Of a stretch of DNA of 56,760 nt, positions 36,987 to 46,373 are shown piece after piece (position 1 is the stretch's first letter; every line of letters begins with the position of its first letter). This stretch comes from a virus (taxonomy: Duplodnaviria > Caudoviricetes), in the IMG/VR virus record IMGVR_UViG_3300022221_000010, positions 1-56,760 of that record. One strand, 5' to 3'. The notes under the pieces are model-generated. The model did no database searches. It was given only the letters and a program-made list of their open reading frames with translations, and had not been told where the DNA came from. The position numbers and the translations under genes were made by a program.

Positions 36987-37410
36987 AGAAATAAATGAAA
37001 TAGATATTGAAAAATATTATGGATTCGTTTATTGCATCACTAATAATATTACTGGTAAAATGTACATCGGTAAAAAGATTCTAAAATTTAAGAAAAAATT
37101 ACCTCCATTAAAAGGTAAAAAACGCAAGAGAATTAAATATGTTGAAAGTGATTGGAAAAAATATTACGGATCAAGTGAATCGCTTAAAAACGATTTGGAA
37201 GAATTCGGTGAAGGAAATTTCACAAGAGAAATCATTTCACTTCATATTTCTAAAACTTCATGGACTTATGGAGAAGTGGCGGAACAATTCAAACGTGATG
37301 TATTATATGCTCTCTTACCGAGTGGCGATAGGGCATTTTATAATGATAATATTTCTGGTCGTTTTTATCCTCATAGGGATATTTTAAATGAGAGAACAAC
37401 TACAGATTGA
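36961..37410 (+). CDS. GIY-YIG endonuclease (EndoII/DenA-like)
   Basis: GFVYCITN...MYIGKK, ESDWKKYYGSS, FYNDNI. Confidence 0.85.
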   Translation: MKNWIYQNEEINEIDIEKYYGFVYCITNNITGKMYIGKKILKFKKKLPPLKGKKRKRIKYVESDWKKYYGSSESLKNDLEEFGEGNFTREIISLHISKTSWTYGEVAEQFKRDVLYALLPSGDRAFYNDNISGRFYPHRDILNERTTTD

Positions 37411-37825
37411 TTGTGCTTCAATAATGAAATCTGCTATCGCGTTGAACGATCAGTGGAAATCATTTGTATGTAAAGAAGAAGAACAACTGACAAGAATGTC
37501 ACCGCTGGCCTTTATGATGTCATACGCTGTTGTACGTATGAATTTTGGTAGAAAATTTGGATATACAAAATTCATTGGTGACAATGCTACTGAAAATGAT
37601 TTAATTATTATTCCCAAAAATAAACATCGAAATTTATATCCAATGAATATTTTAACGATCACACTTCAAAATGTGTTACGGAATGAATTGTATTTTGCTA
37701 AACCATTTGATCGTATTTGGATAGATAATATTCCTGATTTATATGGTAGTCGGTTGGAAGACATCGTTAGGCCATTTAACCGCACTCGATTTTATTACGA
37801 ACAAAGCTTTATTATTTTTAATTAG
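37388..37825 (+). CDS. hypothetical protein
   Basis: 145-aa ORF overlapping the previous gene. Confidence 0.6.
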   Translation: MREQLQIDCASIMKSAIALNDQWKSFVCKEEEQLTRMSPLAFMMSYAVVRMNFGRKFGYTKFIGDNATENDLIIIPKNKHRNLYPMNILTITLQNVLRNELYFAKPFDRIWIDNIPDLYGSRLEDIVRPFNRTRFYYEQSFIIFN

Positions 37826-37887
37826 TATTGACATTATATTAATAAAATAGTTAAATGTTGCATGTTTAACTATTTTATTCTCAAAAT

Positions 37888-38334
37888 ATGATCAGTCATA
37901 ATTCCTTCCTGAATATTGCTCAAGAAATTGCTGAAACTTCCAATTGTGTATCGTTAAAGGTTGGATGTGTTATTGTTAAAGACCAAAGAATTATTTCGAC
38001 TGGTTACAATGGCACACCAGCGGGATATATTAATTGTGGTGATCTATTTTCAGAACGATGTGATGCACACCGACTCTGGTCAATCAATCACGAAATTCAT
38101 GCTGAGATGAATGCAATCATCTTCGCAGCAAAATGTGGCATTCCCATCGACGCTGCTGATTTATATACAACGATATCTCCCTGCAATAATTGTTTGAAAC
38201 ACATGAAGCAATCCGGTATTAAAAATGTTTTTTACCGTGACAAATATTATCGAATGAGTGACGAAGAACACGACAAAAATAAATTCTTCTGTGATGATCT
38301 GGGACTAGGATATTTTCATATAAAAAATGCTTGA
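37888..38334 (+). CDS. cd: dCMP deaminase
   Basis: STGYNG, HAEMNAI, SPCNNC. Confidence 0.93.
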   Translation: MISHNSFLNIAQEIAETSNCVSLKVGCVIVKDQRIISTGYNGTPAGYINCGDLFSERCDAHRLWSINHEIHAEMNAIIFAAKCGIPIDAADLYTTISPCNNCLKHMKQSGIKNVFYRDKYYRMSDEEHDKNKFFCDDLGLGYFHIKNA

Positions 38335-38358
38335 CTCTTATATGAATTTGAATATAAT
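38331..38358 (+). promoter_or_regulatory. sigma70-like early promoter
   Basis: TTGACT-N16-TATAAT. Confidence 0.7.
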
Positions 38359-38393
38359 GTATGTATGTTCAATGAAAAGGAGACAATATAATT

Positions 38394-38717
38394 ATGGCAA
38401 TGTCAGATAAACAATGTGCAGAGCTTTACGAAAAGGCGTATGCCGCTGGTATGGAAGCTGGTGCTGCTGCATATGATGAAGTGAATTGGTGGCCTTGTGG
38501 CTTTGGTTGGGTCGATGTGAAACCAGCCAATTGCAAATTTGCCGTTTGGATGCGTAACAAAGGTTATGCCAAAAAATCGGGTTATAAGCCGGGTGCATAT
38601 ATCTGGGTTGGTGAATTTAATCAGTCCATGGATGCGAAATACGCCTTTGCAGTCGCCTTCGCTGGTGTTCTGAAAGAAGCTGGAGTTAAGGCGGAAGCTG
38701 GTAGCCGAATGGATTAA
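38394..38717 (+). CDS. conserved phage hypothetical protein
   Basis: AAGGAG RBS; CGFGWV...QSMDAKYA...SRMD. Confidence 0.8.
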   Translation: MAMSDKQCAELYEKAYAAGMEAGAAAYDEVNWWPCGFGWVDVKPANCKFAVWMRNKGYAKKSGYKPGAYIWVGEFNQSMDAKYAFAVAFAGVLKEAGVKAEAGSRMD

Positions 38718-38774
38718 CATTGAAAATCGTGGCATCGACATTGGTGTCACGATTTCTTGACTTGGGAAAGAGAC

Positions 38775-38939
38775 ATGAAAAACAGTAAATTTCAATCTAC
38801 CGATTATCTTTTAACTGAAGAGACTCGCTTGATTAAATTGATCGATGATTTATCCAAATACAAACACGTAATGCGAAGCCAGCGAAGCAAAGCTATTAAC
38901 ACCTTAGCTGTGGTTCAAAGCGAGTTAAACAGAAGGTAG
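38775..38939 (+). CDS. hypothetical protein
   Basis: Small ORF in the early cluster. Confidence 0.5.
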   Translation: MKNSKFQSTDYLLTEETRLIKLIDDLSKYKHVMRSQRSKAINTLAVVQSELNRR

Positions 38940-38945
38940 AATATT

Positions 38946-39245
38946 ATGAGCAATTCCTTTCCCCTGAACGATCTTCATTATGCCCAAGAATTTTTTAAAC
39001 TTCAAAAGGCGTATAATGAATTAGTTGAAAAAAACACTGATCTTGAATCTGTGGTCGAACAATTTCTTGATTCTTATGCTGATATAAAAAGTTGTTCTAA
39101 TCATGGATGTGTTATTGCAAATCGAATTGGTATGATGGGAACTAATGGTTCATGTAATTGTCACCGACAACCGCGAATTCAGATATTGCTTCAACGTTTG
39201 TCTGATGTGAAAATCACAGCACAAAAATTAATGGGTAAGGAATGA
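38946..39245 (+). CDS. hypothetical protein with Cys motif
   Basis: SCSNHGC...MGTNGSCNC. Confidence 0.65.
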   Translation: MSNSFPLNDLHYAQEFFKLQKAYNELVEKNTDLESVVEQFLDSYADIKSCSNHGCVIANRIGMMGTNGSCNCHRQPRIQILLQRLSDVKITAQKLMGKE

Positions 39246-39736
39246 TGGGAGTGATGGATAAAGAATATTTACGACGATTGGAATTGGCTGTTCATGAATT
39301 GTGGTCGAAGCCGAATGAAAACCCAATGTCAGCAACTGGAGCTTTCAATCAAATAAAGACTCTAATGGCAAAATCAGAATGCAATTTCTGTGAAGGTCAG
39401 GTTGTGGTGAATGAATCTTCAAATTCATATGCACCATATTTCAAAGAAACTGTTACTGATGTGGAATCTTTGAAAAACTGGCGTATTCAAAACCAAACCG
39501 AAGTAGGTCCAGAATGGATTGAAAAACAATTATATGAAACTTTGGATAAAGCATATAAGTCTGAGTTTGAATTGAGAGCGCAATACGAAACCAGTTATAG
39601 TGAATTAATGTCGGAGTTTTCAAGACTGCGTGATGCGGTGATTAGAGCACAAGCAAATGCATATGATCACTATGGTAGAAAATGGCTTAGGGAAGCAATT
39701 GATGTCATTCCCGAATATCTGAAAAAGGTGCGTTGA
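39242..39736 (+). CDS. hypothetical protein
   Basis: Coupled ORF. Confidence 0.65.
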   Translation: MMGVMDKEYLRRLELAVHELWSKPNENPMSATGAFNQIKTLMAKSECNFCEGQVVVNESSNSYAPYFKETVTDVESLKNWRIQNQTEVGPEWIEKQLYETLDKAYKSEFELRAQYETSYSELMSEFSRLRDAVIRAQANAYDHYGRKWLREAIDVIPEYLKKVR

Positions 39737-39993
39737 TGGCTACAATTTCATCCAAATTAGAAATCGAATTAACGGTTAATTTAACCCTGTCTGAAATTGA
39801 AGCTAGAGCATTACAGGCAATGACAGTATATGGTGTGGATTCTTTCCTCAAAGGGTATTACAAACAATTGGGTAAGCATCACATCAAACCTTATGAAGAA
39901 GGTTTTCGAATACTATTTCCTTCGATCAATAAACAACTTTCATCTCATTTCGATAAGGTGGATAAGGCTAGAGCACTATGCAATGAAAAATAA
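39733..39993 (+). CDS. hypothetical protein
   Basis: Coupled ORF. Confidence 0.65.
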   Translation: MMATISSKLEIELTVNLTLSEIEARALQAMTVYGVDSFLKGYYKQLGKHHIKPYEEGFRILFPSINKQLSSHFDKVDKARALCNEK

Positions 39994-40195
39994 AATGATT
40001 GTCGGAAATAATTATAACTGGATTGGTCAATCCGAAAGACTTATTTTCCTTGGACGTAATTTTAGTGGTAATGGTTACTGGAATCAGTTTGCACTTGTCG
40101 AATCTCCAGATATTGTTTGGTGTGAAGTGGTTGACAGTGATCTGCATATGATTGAGGAAACCAAACCAGATGTCATAGGTGCGATTGATGAGTAG
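39983..40195 (+). CDS. hypothetical protein
   Basis: YNWIGQSERL...WNQF...VWCEV. Confidence 0.65.
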   Translation: MKNKMIVGNNYNWIGQSERLIFLGRNFSGNGYWNQFALVESPDIVWCEVVDSDLHMIEETKPDVIGAIDE

Positions 40196-40502
40196 ATTTT
40201 TTGTTTATGATCCTAATTGCGGTTATGAAGAATTTGATAACGTAGAAGATCGCGACAAAGCCGCACATGAATATATACAAAACTATCTTGATGATGGCTG
40301 GAATGAGGAAGTTGCCGGTGTGGTCGCTGGTGTGGTTACTCATAATACTGTGCAAGTAAACAGGCAGGAGCGACCGCATAAACTGGATGAGGATGACTGT
40401 GATGAGGATGGACAATATTGGGGTGATTTTGACTATATTTGTGACTATGAATTGCACGCTATAGAGGCGAATGATGAAATACCAAACTCAGACATGGAGT
40501 AA
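40188..40502 (+). CDS. acidic hypothetical protein
   Basis: FFVYDP...YLDDGWNEEV...CDY. Confidence 0.7.
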   Translation: MSRFFVYDPNCGYEEFDNVEDRDKAAHEYIQNYLDDGWNEEVAGVVAGVVTHNTVQVNRQERPHKLDEDDCDEDGQYWGDFDYICDYELHAIEANDEIPNSDME

Positions 40503-40636
40503 AGATAGATGGCTGAGATTGCGTATTTGGGTATGTAATAAATATGGACACAGAAAAGAAACAAACCAATATAGTAATACTAGCGAAAGCTGTTCACGCT
40601 GTGGAGAGAAGATAAAACAACACACTATAAAGGTGA

Positions 40637-40927
40637 ATGATGGATAAGTATATAAGTGGCACGATTGGTGAAATAAATCCCGAATACGTTGCTCAACTTG
40701 AAGAGTGTAATTCGAATTTACAGGCTGAGATTGTTCACATAATTGAACGAAAGAATGTACGTATAAATGAACTTGAAAAGTTGCAAGCTGTGATAGAAAT
40801 TTTTGCATCGGCTAATGCTTGGAATAACTTTGGAGATTGTCGAGCTTATGGTGGTACTGGAGTTGGTTTGTCTCCAGCGGAATTGGATAAATTAGCTGAG
40901 AAACATGTGAGAGAAAAATGGATATAA
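40637..40927 (+). CDS. hypothetical protein
   Basis: Coupled ORF. Confidence 0.55.
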   Translation: MMDKYISGTIGEINPEYVAQLEECNSNLQAEIVHIIERKNVRINELEKLQAVIEIFASANAWNNFGDCRAYGGTGVGLSPAELDKLAEKHVREKWI

Positions 40928-41244
40928 ATGAGCATCTAGCGAATAATGTGATGGGAATGTATATAGACCCAAAACAACCTTATCCGTATGACAATTGGTG
41001 GTTTTCTAACGATGGTCTTCAATACTGCCATGTGGATGACTGGAACCCTCGCGAGAACATAGAGCAAGCGTATATGTGCGCTCTCCTATTAAGTAAAACG
41101 ATGACAATTAACATGGTTTTAGATGGTCTGGAGCCATATGTAGTTATACCCGAAAAGCGAATTTGGGAAGAAAGTGATTCGTTAACAAATTCGCTATCAT
41201 TAGCAATGGCCAAAGCAACAGGTTATTTAGAACCAGAGGAATAA
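40918..41244 (+). CDS. hypothetical protein
   Basis: INEHLANNVMG...WNPRENIEQA. Confidence 0.65.
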   Translation: MDINEHLANNVMGMYIDPKQPYPYDNWWFSNDGLQYCHVDDWNPRENIEQAYMCALLLSKTMTINMVLDGLEPYVVIPEKRIWEESDSLTNSLSLAMAKATGYLEPEE

Positions 41245-41247
41245 TTA

Positions 41248-41577
41248 ATGCCAAGTTACACGAAAGAAGAAGCCGAAAAACGTGGCAAGGAACTTTGTAA
41301 ACTCATGGGAGCAAATTGGAAGCCGAAAATTTGGGAAAATTTGGGTTGGCATTTTACCGCCAAGTTGGAAATGGATAACGGATATATCGAGATTTATACG
41401 AGGCGCAAATGTTCGAAAAAATATTGGGTTGATTCTAGAATGCCGGGTCAATCATATCTATCAGTCGATGACCCGAAAGAAGGTGTGAAAGAGTTATTAA
41501 GGAGAGCTGAAGCTGATATTGCTGAGTATACAAGGATTGTGGATGTTTTGAAGAAAATGAATAATACTGAGGATTAA
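41248..41577 (+). CDS. hypothetical protein
   Basis: WKPKIWENLGWH; GAGG RBS. Confidence 0.7.
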   Translation: MPSYTKEEAEKRGKELCKLMGANWKPKIWENLGWHFTAKLEMDNGYIEIYTRRKCSKKYWVDSRMPGQSYLSVDDPKEGVKELLRRAEADIAEYTRIVDVLKKMNNTED

Positions 41578-41580
41578 TTA

Positions 41581-41841
41581 ATGGCGAGTTTTAATATTGA
41601 TTTAGAAGATGGTGACGATCCAATTCATTTTTCATTAAATGGAAAGGATAGTTCGAGATTGATTGATTTTATGTCTCGGAATTACGAAAATGAGATGCGA
41701 ATGAAAAAATTACAAAACGTGATTAATCAGTTAGCATCTAAAAAAGATATTGGTGGAAGAATTGGTGGAACATGGTCGAATGCCGAAGAATTGGAAGTTC
41801 GTATCGCATTGGCACAACAATATGAGAATGGAAAGGGTTAA
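41581..41841 (+). CDS. hypothetical protein
   Basis: GAGG RBS. Confidence 0.6.
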   Translation: MASFNIDLEDGDDPIHFSLNGKDSSRLIDFMSRNYENEMRMKKLQNVINQLASKKDIGGRIGGTWSNAEELEVRIALAQQYENGKG

Positions 41842-41843
41842 TT

Positions 41844-42038
41844 ATGAATTTTGGTTGCTGGCATCGATTTGGTAGATGGCAAACGCCATTTAATTCGTCT
41901 GAAGCTAAGGAGAAGGGAAAATTTGGAGATTACAGTTTAGATTCAGTCGTTATGCAAGAAAGGGAATGCGAAAAGTGTCATATTGTTATTAGTAGAGTAG
42001 TTCGTTCGGGAAAAGTTAGGGAAGAAAGTGATGGCTGA
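41844..42038 (+). CDS. hypothetical protein with Cys/His motif
   Basis: GCWHRFGRW...QERECEKC. Confidence 0.6.
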   Translation: MNFGCWHRFGRWQTPFNSSEAKEKGKFGDYSLDSVVMQERECEKCHIVISRVVRSGKVREESDG

Positions 42039-42423
42039 GAATTGGAAAGAAATTCATAAATGTTCTGGGTATAGATCGTTGAAGGCGGAATATATTCGAA
42101 ATGTTCAGAATGCCGAAGCAAGGCGTAGAAGAGGTCATCGCCCTATGCGTGATAAAGCCGAATATCTAAAACATTTTAATTGGATAATTGGTCGAGCTAA
42201 ACATTATGCTCATGAAACTGGATTGCCGATCACATGGATTTTGAATTTATGGGAAAGTAAGCGTAAATATTGTTGGTTGAATTTTTATCAGAATAATTGT
42301 CAACCTAAATTTCATTCGAAATCGATTAAACGTAGACGCACCAATTTAATTAATGTACAATCAAAAAAATCTCGATGGAGTATGTCGAGAAAGCAAAGAA
42401 TGAAAGAGTTAAGAAATCTGTGA
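42028..42423 (+). CDS. basic hypothetical protein
   Basis: WIIGRAKHYA...WLNFYQNNCQPK. Confidence 0.7.
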   Translation: MMAENWKEIHKCSGYRSLKAEYIRNVQNAEARRRRGHRPMRDKAEYLKHFNWIIGRAKHYAHETGLPITWILNLWESKRKYCWLNFYQNNCQPKFHSKSIKRRRTNLINVQSKKSRWSMSRKQRMKELRNL

Positions 42424-42648
42424 GTTGATCACTCGAAGGGAAAATGAAAATTAAAGTATAGAGTCAAGTCTAGAAATTATTTTTAAAGTACCAGATTAGA
42501 GCCGGAGATATTATTAAACTTGAATAATATAATATTATGGCACTTTGTGAAGATTCCATAAAATGTCATTCCTGAAGTCCTTTGGAGCTAACGTGATAAC
42601 AGTTTGATCAACAGGGATGGAATGACGCAATTTAATTTAAAATAATGC

Positions 42649-42676
42649 TTGTAATTTATATGTAAATAGATATAAT
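42649..42676 (+). promoter_or_regulatory. sigma70-like early promoter
   Basis: TTGTAA-N16-TATAAT. Confidence 0.6.
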
Positions 42677-42707
42677 GGTTGTATAGTTAATTGAGTGAGA
42701 GAAAATC

Positions 42708-43274
42708 ATGAGACGAACAATGACCAGAGAATTTTACACTCCCTCCACGTATGATGAAAAGATCGAGCGTGAAGATTTGAACGTTGTCATCTACATCACT
42801 GGTGAAAAATCCGCGATGGGTTTTGGTGGCAAACGATCAGCACCCGATTTTAATTATCGATTCCATTCAACCGAAAGACGTGATCTGCACATTGCAGAAT
42901 ACATCGCAAGTGCTGAACGAAATGCTGCCTATAAAGCTGAACGAAAGGCTGCGAAAAAAGCATTTACCCATGACGTGAAAGTCGGAAGTATTTTTTATGA
43001 TTCGTGGGGATATGAACAGACTAATGTTGATTTTTACGAAGTTGTGAAGATGGTTGGTAAAAAGTCAGTTCTGATTAAATCAATCGGCAAGTCAAGAGAT
43101 GGTGGTGGTTCATATACTGAAGTTGTTGCGGTGCCGGGTAGTTATTCTAACGACGATGAAGGTATGGTCAAAAGAATCGGTGAAGGTAATTACATCAGAA
43201 TGAATTCTTTCAGTTCCGCGAGTCTTTGGGATGGAAAGCCAAAATATGAAACTGGTGCTGGATACGGTCACTAA
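42708..43274 (+). CDS. conserved phage hypothetical protein
   Basis: VGSIFYDSWGYEQTNVDFYEV motif. Confidence 0.8.
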   Translation: MRRTMTREFYTPSTYDEKIEREDLNVVIYITGEKSAMGFGGKRSAPDFNYRFHSTERRDLHIAEYIASAERNAAYKAERKAAKKAFTHDVKVGSIFYDSWGYEQTNVDFYEVVKMVGKKSVLIKSIGKSRDGGGSYTEVVAVPGSYSNDDEGMVKRIGEGNYIRMNSFSSASLWDGKPKYETGAGYGH

Positions 43275-43427
43275 AATGAAAACAGTTCCTGATTATGACG
43301 AATATGCCGTGACATTTAAAAATGGTGTCACGGTTACCATAATCAGGAAATGTTTGGATATCTATTTAAACAGCATAGATGAATCAGTAGATTTCTATGT
43401 TAAAACGATGACGGCGATTGATTACTA

Positions 43428-43640
43428 ATGAAAGACGATAAACCCAGATTTAAAGATGCGCGTTTGGAAGCTGCATATAGACGTTCATTGAAAAGACCTC
43501 CAACAAAGCGTAATAAGCTATTCATTTTTTTCGATAGAGGTCGCGAGGGGTATCCATTGTGGTACACAGCGGAACGTAATTCGATTGGTCATGCAGCGTG
43601 GGCGGCTGGTGTCGATTCACGAAAGAAATCCAAAAAATGA
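43428..43640 (+). CDS. basic hypothetical protein
   Basis: Coupled ORF. Confidence 0.55.
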   Translation: MKDDKPRFKDARLEAAYRRSLKRPPTKRNKLFIFFDRGREGYPLWYTAERNSIGHAAWAAGVDSRKKSKK

Positions 43641-44119
43641 ATATATTCCTAGATATTGATGGAGTTATCTGCACTATGCGTGCTTGTATTGCGTCTGGAC
43701 AACGTGGTTGTTGGATGTCTGCTTTTGATCAGACTAGTATGCAATTTTTAAATCGAATCTGCATTGAATTTCCAGAAACAAAAATAATTATATCTTCCAC
43801 ATGGCGTCATGGGAAAAATCGCGAATATTTTTATGTGTTATTTGCATCCGCCGGTTACGGTCAATTAGCAAACGCCATCCATAAAGATTGGAAAACTGAT
43901 GATATTGTCATCTCTAAAAATCAATTCAGGGGATATGAAATTGAAAAATGGTTACTGGATCATGACGCAATAGATGATCCATATATTATTTTAGATGATG
44001 ATTCAGATATGTTGGATTATCAAAAGGATAAATTCGTGCGTACAGATTGTCACGAAGGTATAACATCCAAAAATATGAGACGTATCTTCGAATTATACGG
44101 GGATGTAACGAAAGCATAA
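43637..44119 (+). CDS. HAD-superfamily protein (HAD_SAK_2-like)
   Basis: IFLDIDGV, IISSTWR, RGYEIEKWL, YIILDD. Confidence 0.85.
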   Translation: MNIFLDIDGVICTMRACIASGQRGCWMSAFDQTSMQFLNRICIEFPETKIIISSTWRHGKNREYFYVLFASAGYGQLANAIHKDWKTDDIVISKNQFRGYEIEKWLLDHDAIDDPYIILDDDSDMLDYQKDKFVRTDCHEGITSKNMRRIFELYGDVTKA

Positions 44120-44151
44120 ATATTAATGTTATTAACAACATTGATATTATT

Positions 44152-44547
44152 ATGTACCATCTCAGTAACCGTTCTATATCCCGTTTAGAGGGTGTTCATC
44201 CTGATCTAGTCAAAGTTACCATGCGTGCAATTCAATTGTCTCCTTACGATTTTGGAGTCTCTGAAGGTGTACGGAATATAGAAACTCAGAAACAATATGT
44301 GGCGGATGGTAAATCAACCACAATGGACAGTTTACACCTACCTCAAGATGACGATTTTAGCCATGCAGTTGATATTTACACATTAGTGAATGGTTCAACT
44401 ACATGGGAGCATAAATACTTCAGGAAAGTAATTCAAGCATTCTTTACGGCTGCAATTGAATTAGGTGTTCAAATCGAAGTGGGTGCATTGTGGCGAGATT
44501 TTTTAGATTCACCACATATCCAATTAGGCAGTATTTACAGAAAATAA
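44152..44547 (+). CDS. endolysin, M15-family L-Ala-D-Glu peptidase
   Basis: LEGVHPDL, EGVR...Q, SLH, HAVD, DSPHIQL. Confidence 0.9.
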   Translation: MYHLSNRSISRLEGVHPDLVKVTMRAIQLSPYDFGVSEGVRNIETQKQYVADGKSTTMDSLHLPQDDDFSHAVDIYTLVNGSTTWEHKYFRKVIQAFFTAAIELGVQIEVGALWRDFLDSPHIQLGSIYRK

Positions 44548-44563
44548 TTTTAAAGGAAAAATC

Positions 44564-44812
44564 ATGGCAAAGAAAAATAAAGCAAAAAATAAAGAAGAAG
44601 TTGTTGAAAATACGGCTGAAGTATTAGGCGAAGTAGTTGAAGAAACTCGTGCGGTCGAAGAACATGCAGAAGAATTTGCATCTGTTGAAGTAATAAGTGA
44701 AAATACTGATTCGGAATATTCGCGAAAAGAAATTCGTGCAGCAATGCGCAAATATTCATGCGGTCCGAGAAGTGCGGCTTTACGCTTGGATAAACAAAAA
44801 ACGAAGGTTTAA
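44564..44812 (+). CDS. hypothetical protein
   Basis: AAGGA RBS, Glu-rich. Confidence 0.6.
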   Translation: MAKKNKAKNKEEVVENTAEVLGEVVEETRAVEEHAEEFASVEVISENTDSEYSRKEIRAAMRKYSCGPRSAALRLDKQKTKV

Positions 44813-44817
44813 TTTTT

Positions 44818-45087
44818 ATGGTCAAATATAAATTATTGGGTAGTTGTGTTTTATGTGAATTAGTATTTCAAAATTCATCTGATATTATACACATCGAACA
44901 ATCTCTAGAAGATGTTGACAAATTTGGTGTGGTTGTTGGTATCGGTCCTGATGTTGAGGAAATTAAAATTGGTGATAGTGTGTTAATTCCACCTAGTAAA
45001 ACAGGTCGAGAATTAATTGCCGAAGGTGAAAAAAGACTTGCGATTTTTGAAGAACACACCGCAATGTTAATTAAAGAAAATATTTGA
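44818..45087 (+). CDS. GroES-like co-chaperonin (gp31 analogue)
   Basis: GVVVGIGPDVEEIKIGDSVL. Confidence 0.75.
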   Translation: MVKYKLLGSCVLCELVFQNSSDIIHIEQSLEDVDKFGVVVGIGPDVEEIKIGDSVLIPPSKTGRELIAEGEKRLAIFEEHTAMLIKENI

Positions 45088-45113
45088 CACATTTATATTT
45101 GATCTGATATACT
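45084..45113 (+). promoter_or_regulatory. sigma70-like promoter
   Basis: TTGACA-N18-TATACT. Confidence 0.6.
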
Positions 45114-45388
45114 GTATCCGTTACTTAATGAAACGGAGATATAAAAGTGAAAAATGTTGTTTTAGTATTACTCAAAGATGGTTTTGTCGCGCTCAGAAAA
45201 TCCTTCACTGATGAAGAATCGATGATGAAATATGTCGAGAATTCAAAAGATAACAGGCTTTCCAGTGATGATTATGTCATGGAGTTGGAATATGCTAACT
45301 CACTATAAAAACGAATTATTAGTTTTTACCGTTTTCGTATTGTACTTTTTCGAAGCGTGGTTGACCACTAACGGATATTAATGTTCTT

Positions 45389-45465
45389 ATCCCTGTAGCT
45401 CAATTGGATAGAGCAGTGGATTTCTAATCCATTGGTTGAAGGTTCGAATCCTTTCAGGGGTGCCA
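45389..45465 (+). tRNA. tRNA-Arg(TCT)
   Basis: ATCCCTG/CAGGGGT, GTGGA-TTTCTAA-TCCAT, CCA. Confidence 0.95.
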
Positions 45466-45530
45466 GATAATTTGACGCATAATAATTTAAAAGTTATTAT
45501 GCGTTTTTTTATATCTGGAATAATATTAAA

Positions 45531-46373
45531 ATGATTATTATTGATTATAGCCAAATAGCTATGGCTAATTTTCATGCGGAACTGGAAGGTAAATTCGAAC
45601 CGGATTTATTTAAACACATGTTGTTAAATTCGATTAGAGGATACAAGAAAAAATTTCATAATGAATATGGGTCAACAATGGTAATTGCAGTTGATTCCCG
45701 CACATCGTGGAGAAAGGGTATTTTTCCACATTACAAAATTCGAAGACATGCAGCGAAAGATAAGGATGATGAAGTTGATTTCGAAAAGTTGTATGCAATT
45801 ATGAATGAAGTCCAAAAGGCTTTATCGGAACATTTTCCTTATTCCGTAATCGAAGTTGATGGTGCCGAAGGTGATGACATCATTGGAACTATTATCCAAA
45901 ATACCAAAGAAAAATCTATTGTCATTTCCACAGATAAAGATTTTAAGCAATTAGGAATCTATCCCAATTTCACACAATTTTCACCGACAAAAAAAGAATA
46001 TCTGAAGGCTAGTGATCCAGCGTTATTTTTAAAAGAACAAATTATACGCGGGGATTCTGGTGATGATATACCTAATGTTCTCTCAGTTGAAAACTCATTT
46101 GCGGATAAAATCCGTCAAAAATCCGTTTATCAGAAAAAACTTGATGAATGGTTATATCAGGAACCTTCAGAATTTCTGACTGAAGAGCAACTAAATAGGT
46201 ATGCGTTAAACACAAAATTAATTGATCTGAGGTGTATTCCAGATCACATATCCAAAGCCATTATGGATCAATTTAATGTTGGACCAAACCCAAATGCAAA
46301 CCCTAGGGCTATCATGGATTATTTTATAAATAATCGAATGAAAATCTTACTTGACTACATTGAGGAATTTTAA
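45531..46373 (+). CDS. rnh: T4-like RNase H (5'-3' exonuclease)
   Basis: IIIDYSQI, SWRKGIFPHYK, EGDDIIG, STDKDFKQL, GDSGDDIPN. Confidence 0.93.
   Translation: MIIIDYSQIAMANFHAELEGKFEPDLFKHMLLNSIRGYKKKFHNEYGSTMVIAVDSRTSWRKGIFPHYKIRRHAAKDKDDEVDFEKLYAIMNEVQKALSEHFPYSVIEVDGAEGDDIIGTIIQNTKEKSIVISTDKDFKQLGIYPNFTQFSPTKKEYLKASDPALFLKEQIIRGDSGDDIPNVLSVENSFADKIRQKSVYQKKLDEWLYQEPSEFLTEEQLNRYALNTKLIDLRCIPDHISKAIMDQFNVGPNPNANPRAIMDYFINNRMKILLDYIEEF

Noticed and set aside
36961-37410. Mobile homing endonuclease
   Set aside because: Short single GIY-YIG domain without DNA-binding repeats; better fits the EndoII-like core gene
45387-45575. Minus-strand ORF
   Set aside because: Antisense shadow of tRNA-Arg(TCT)
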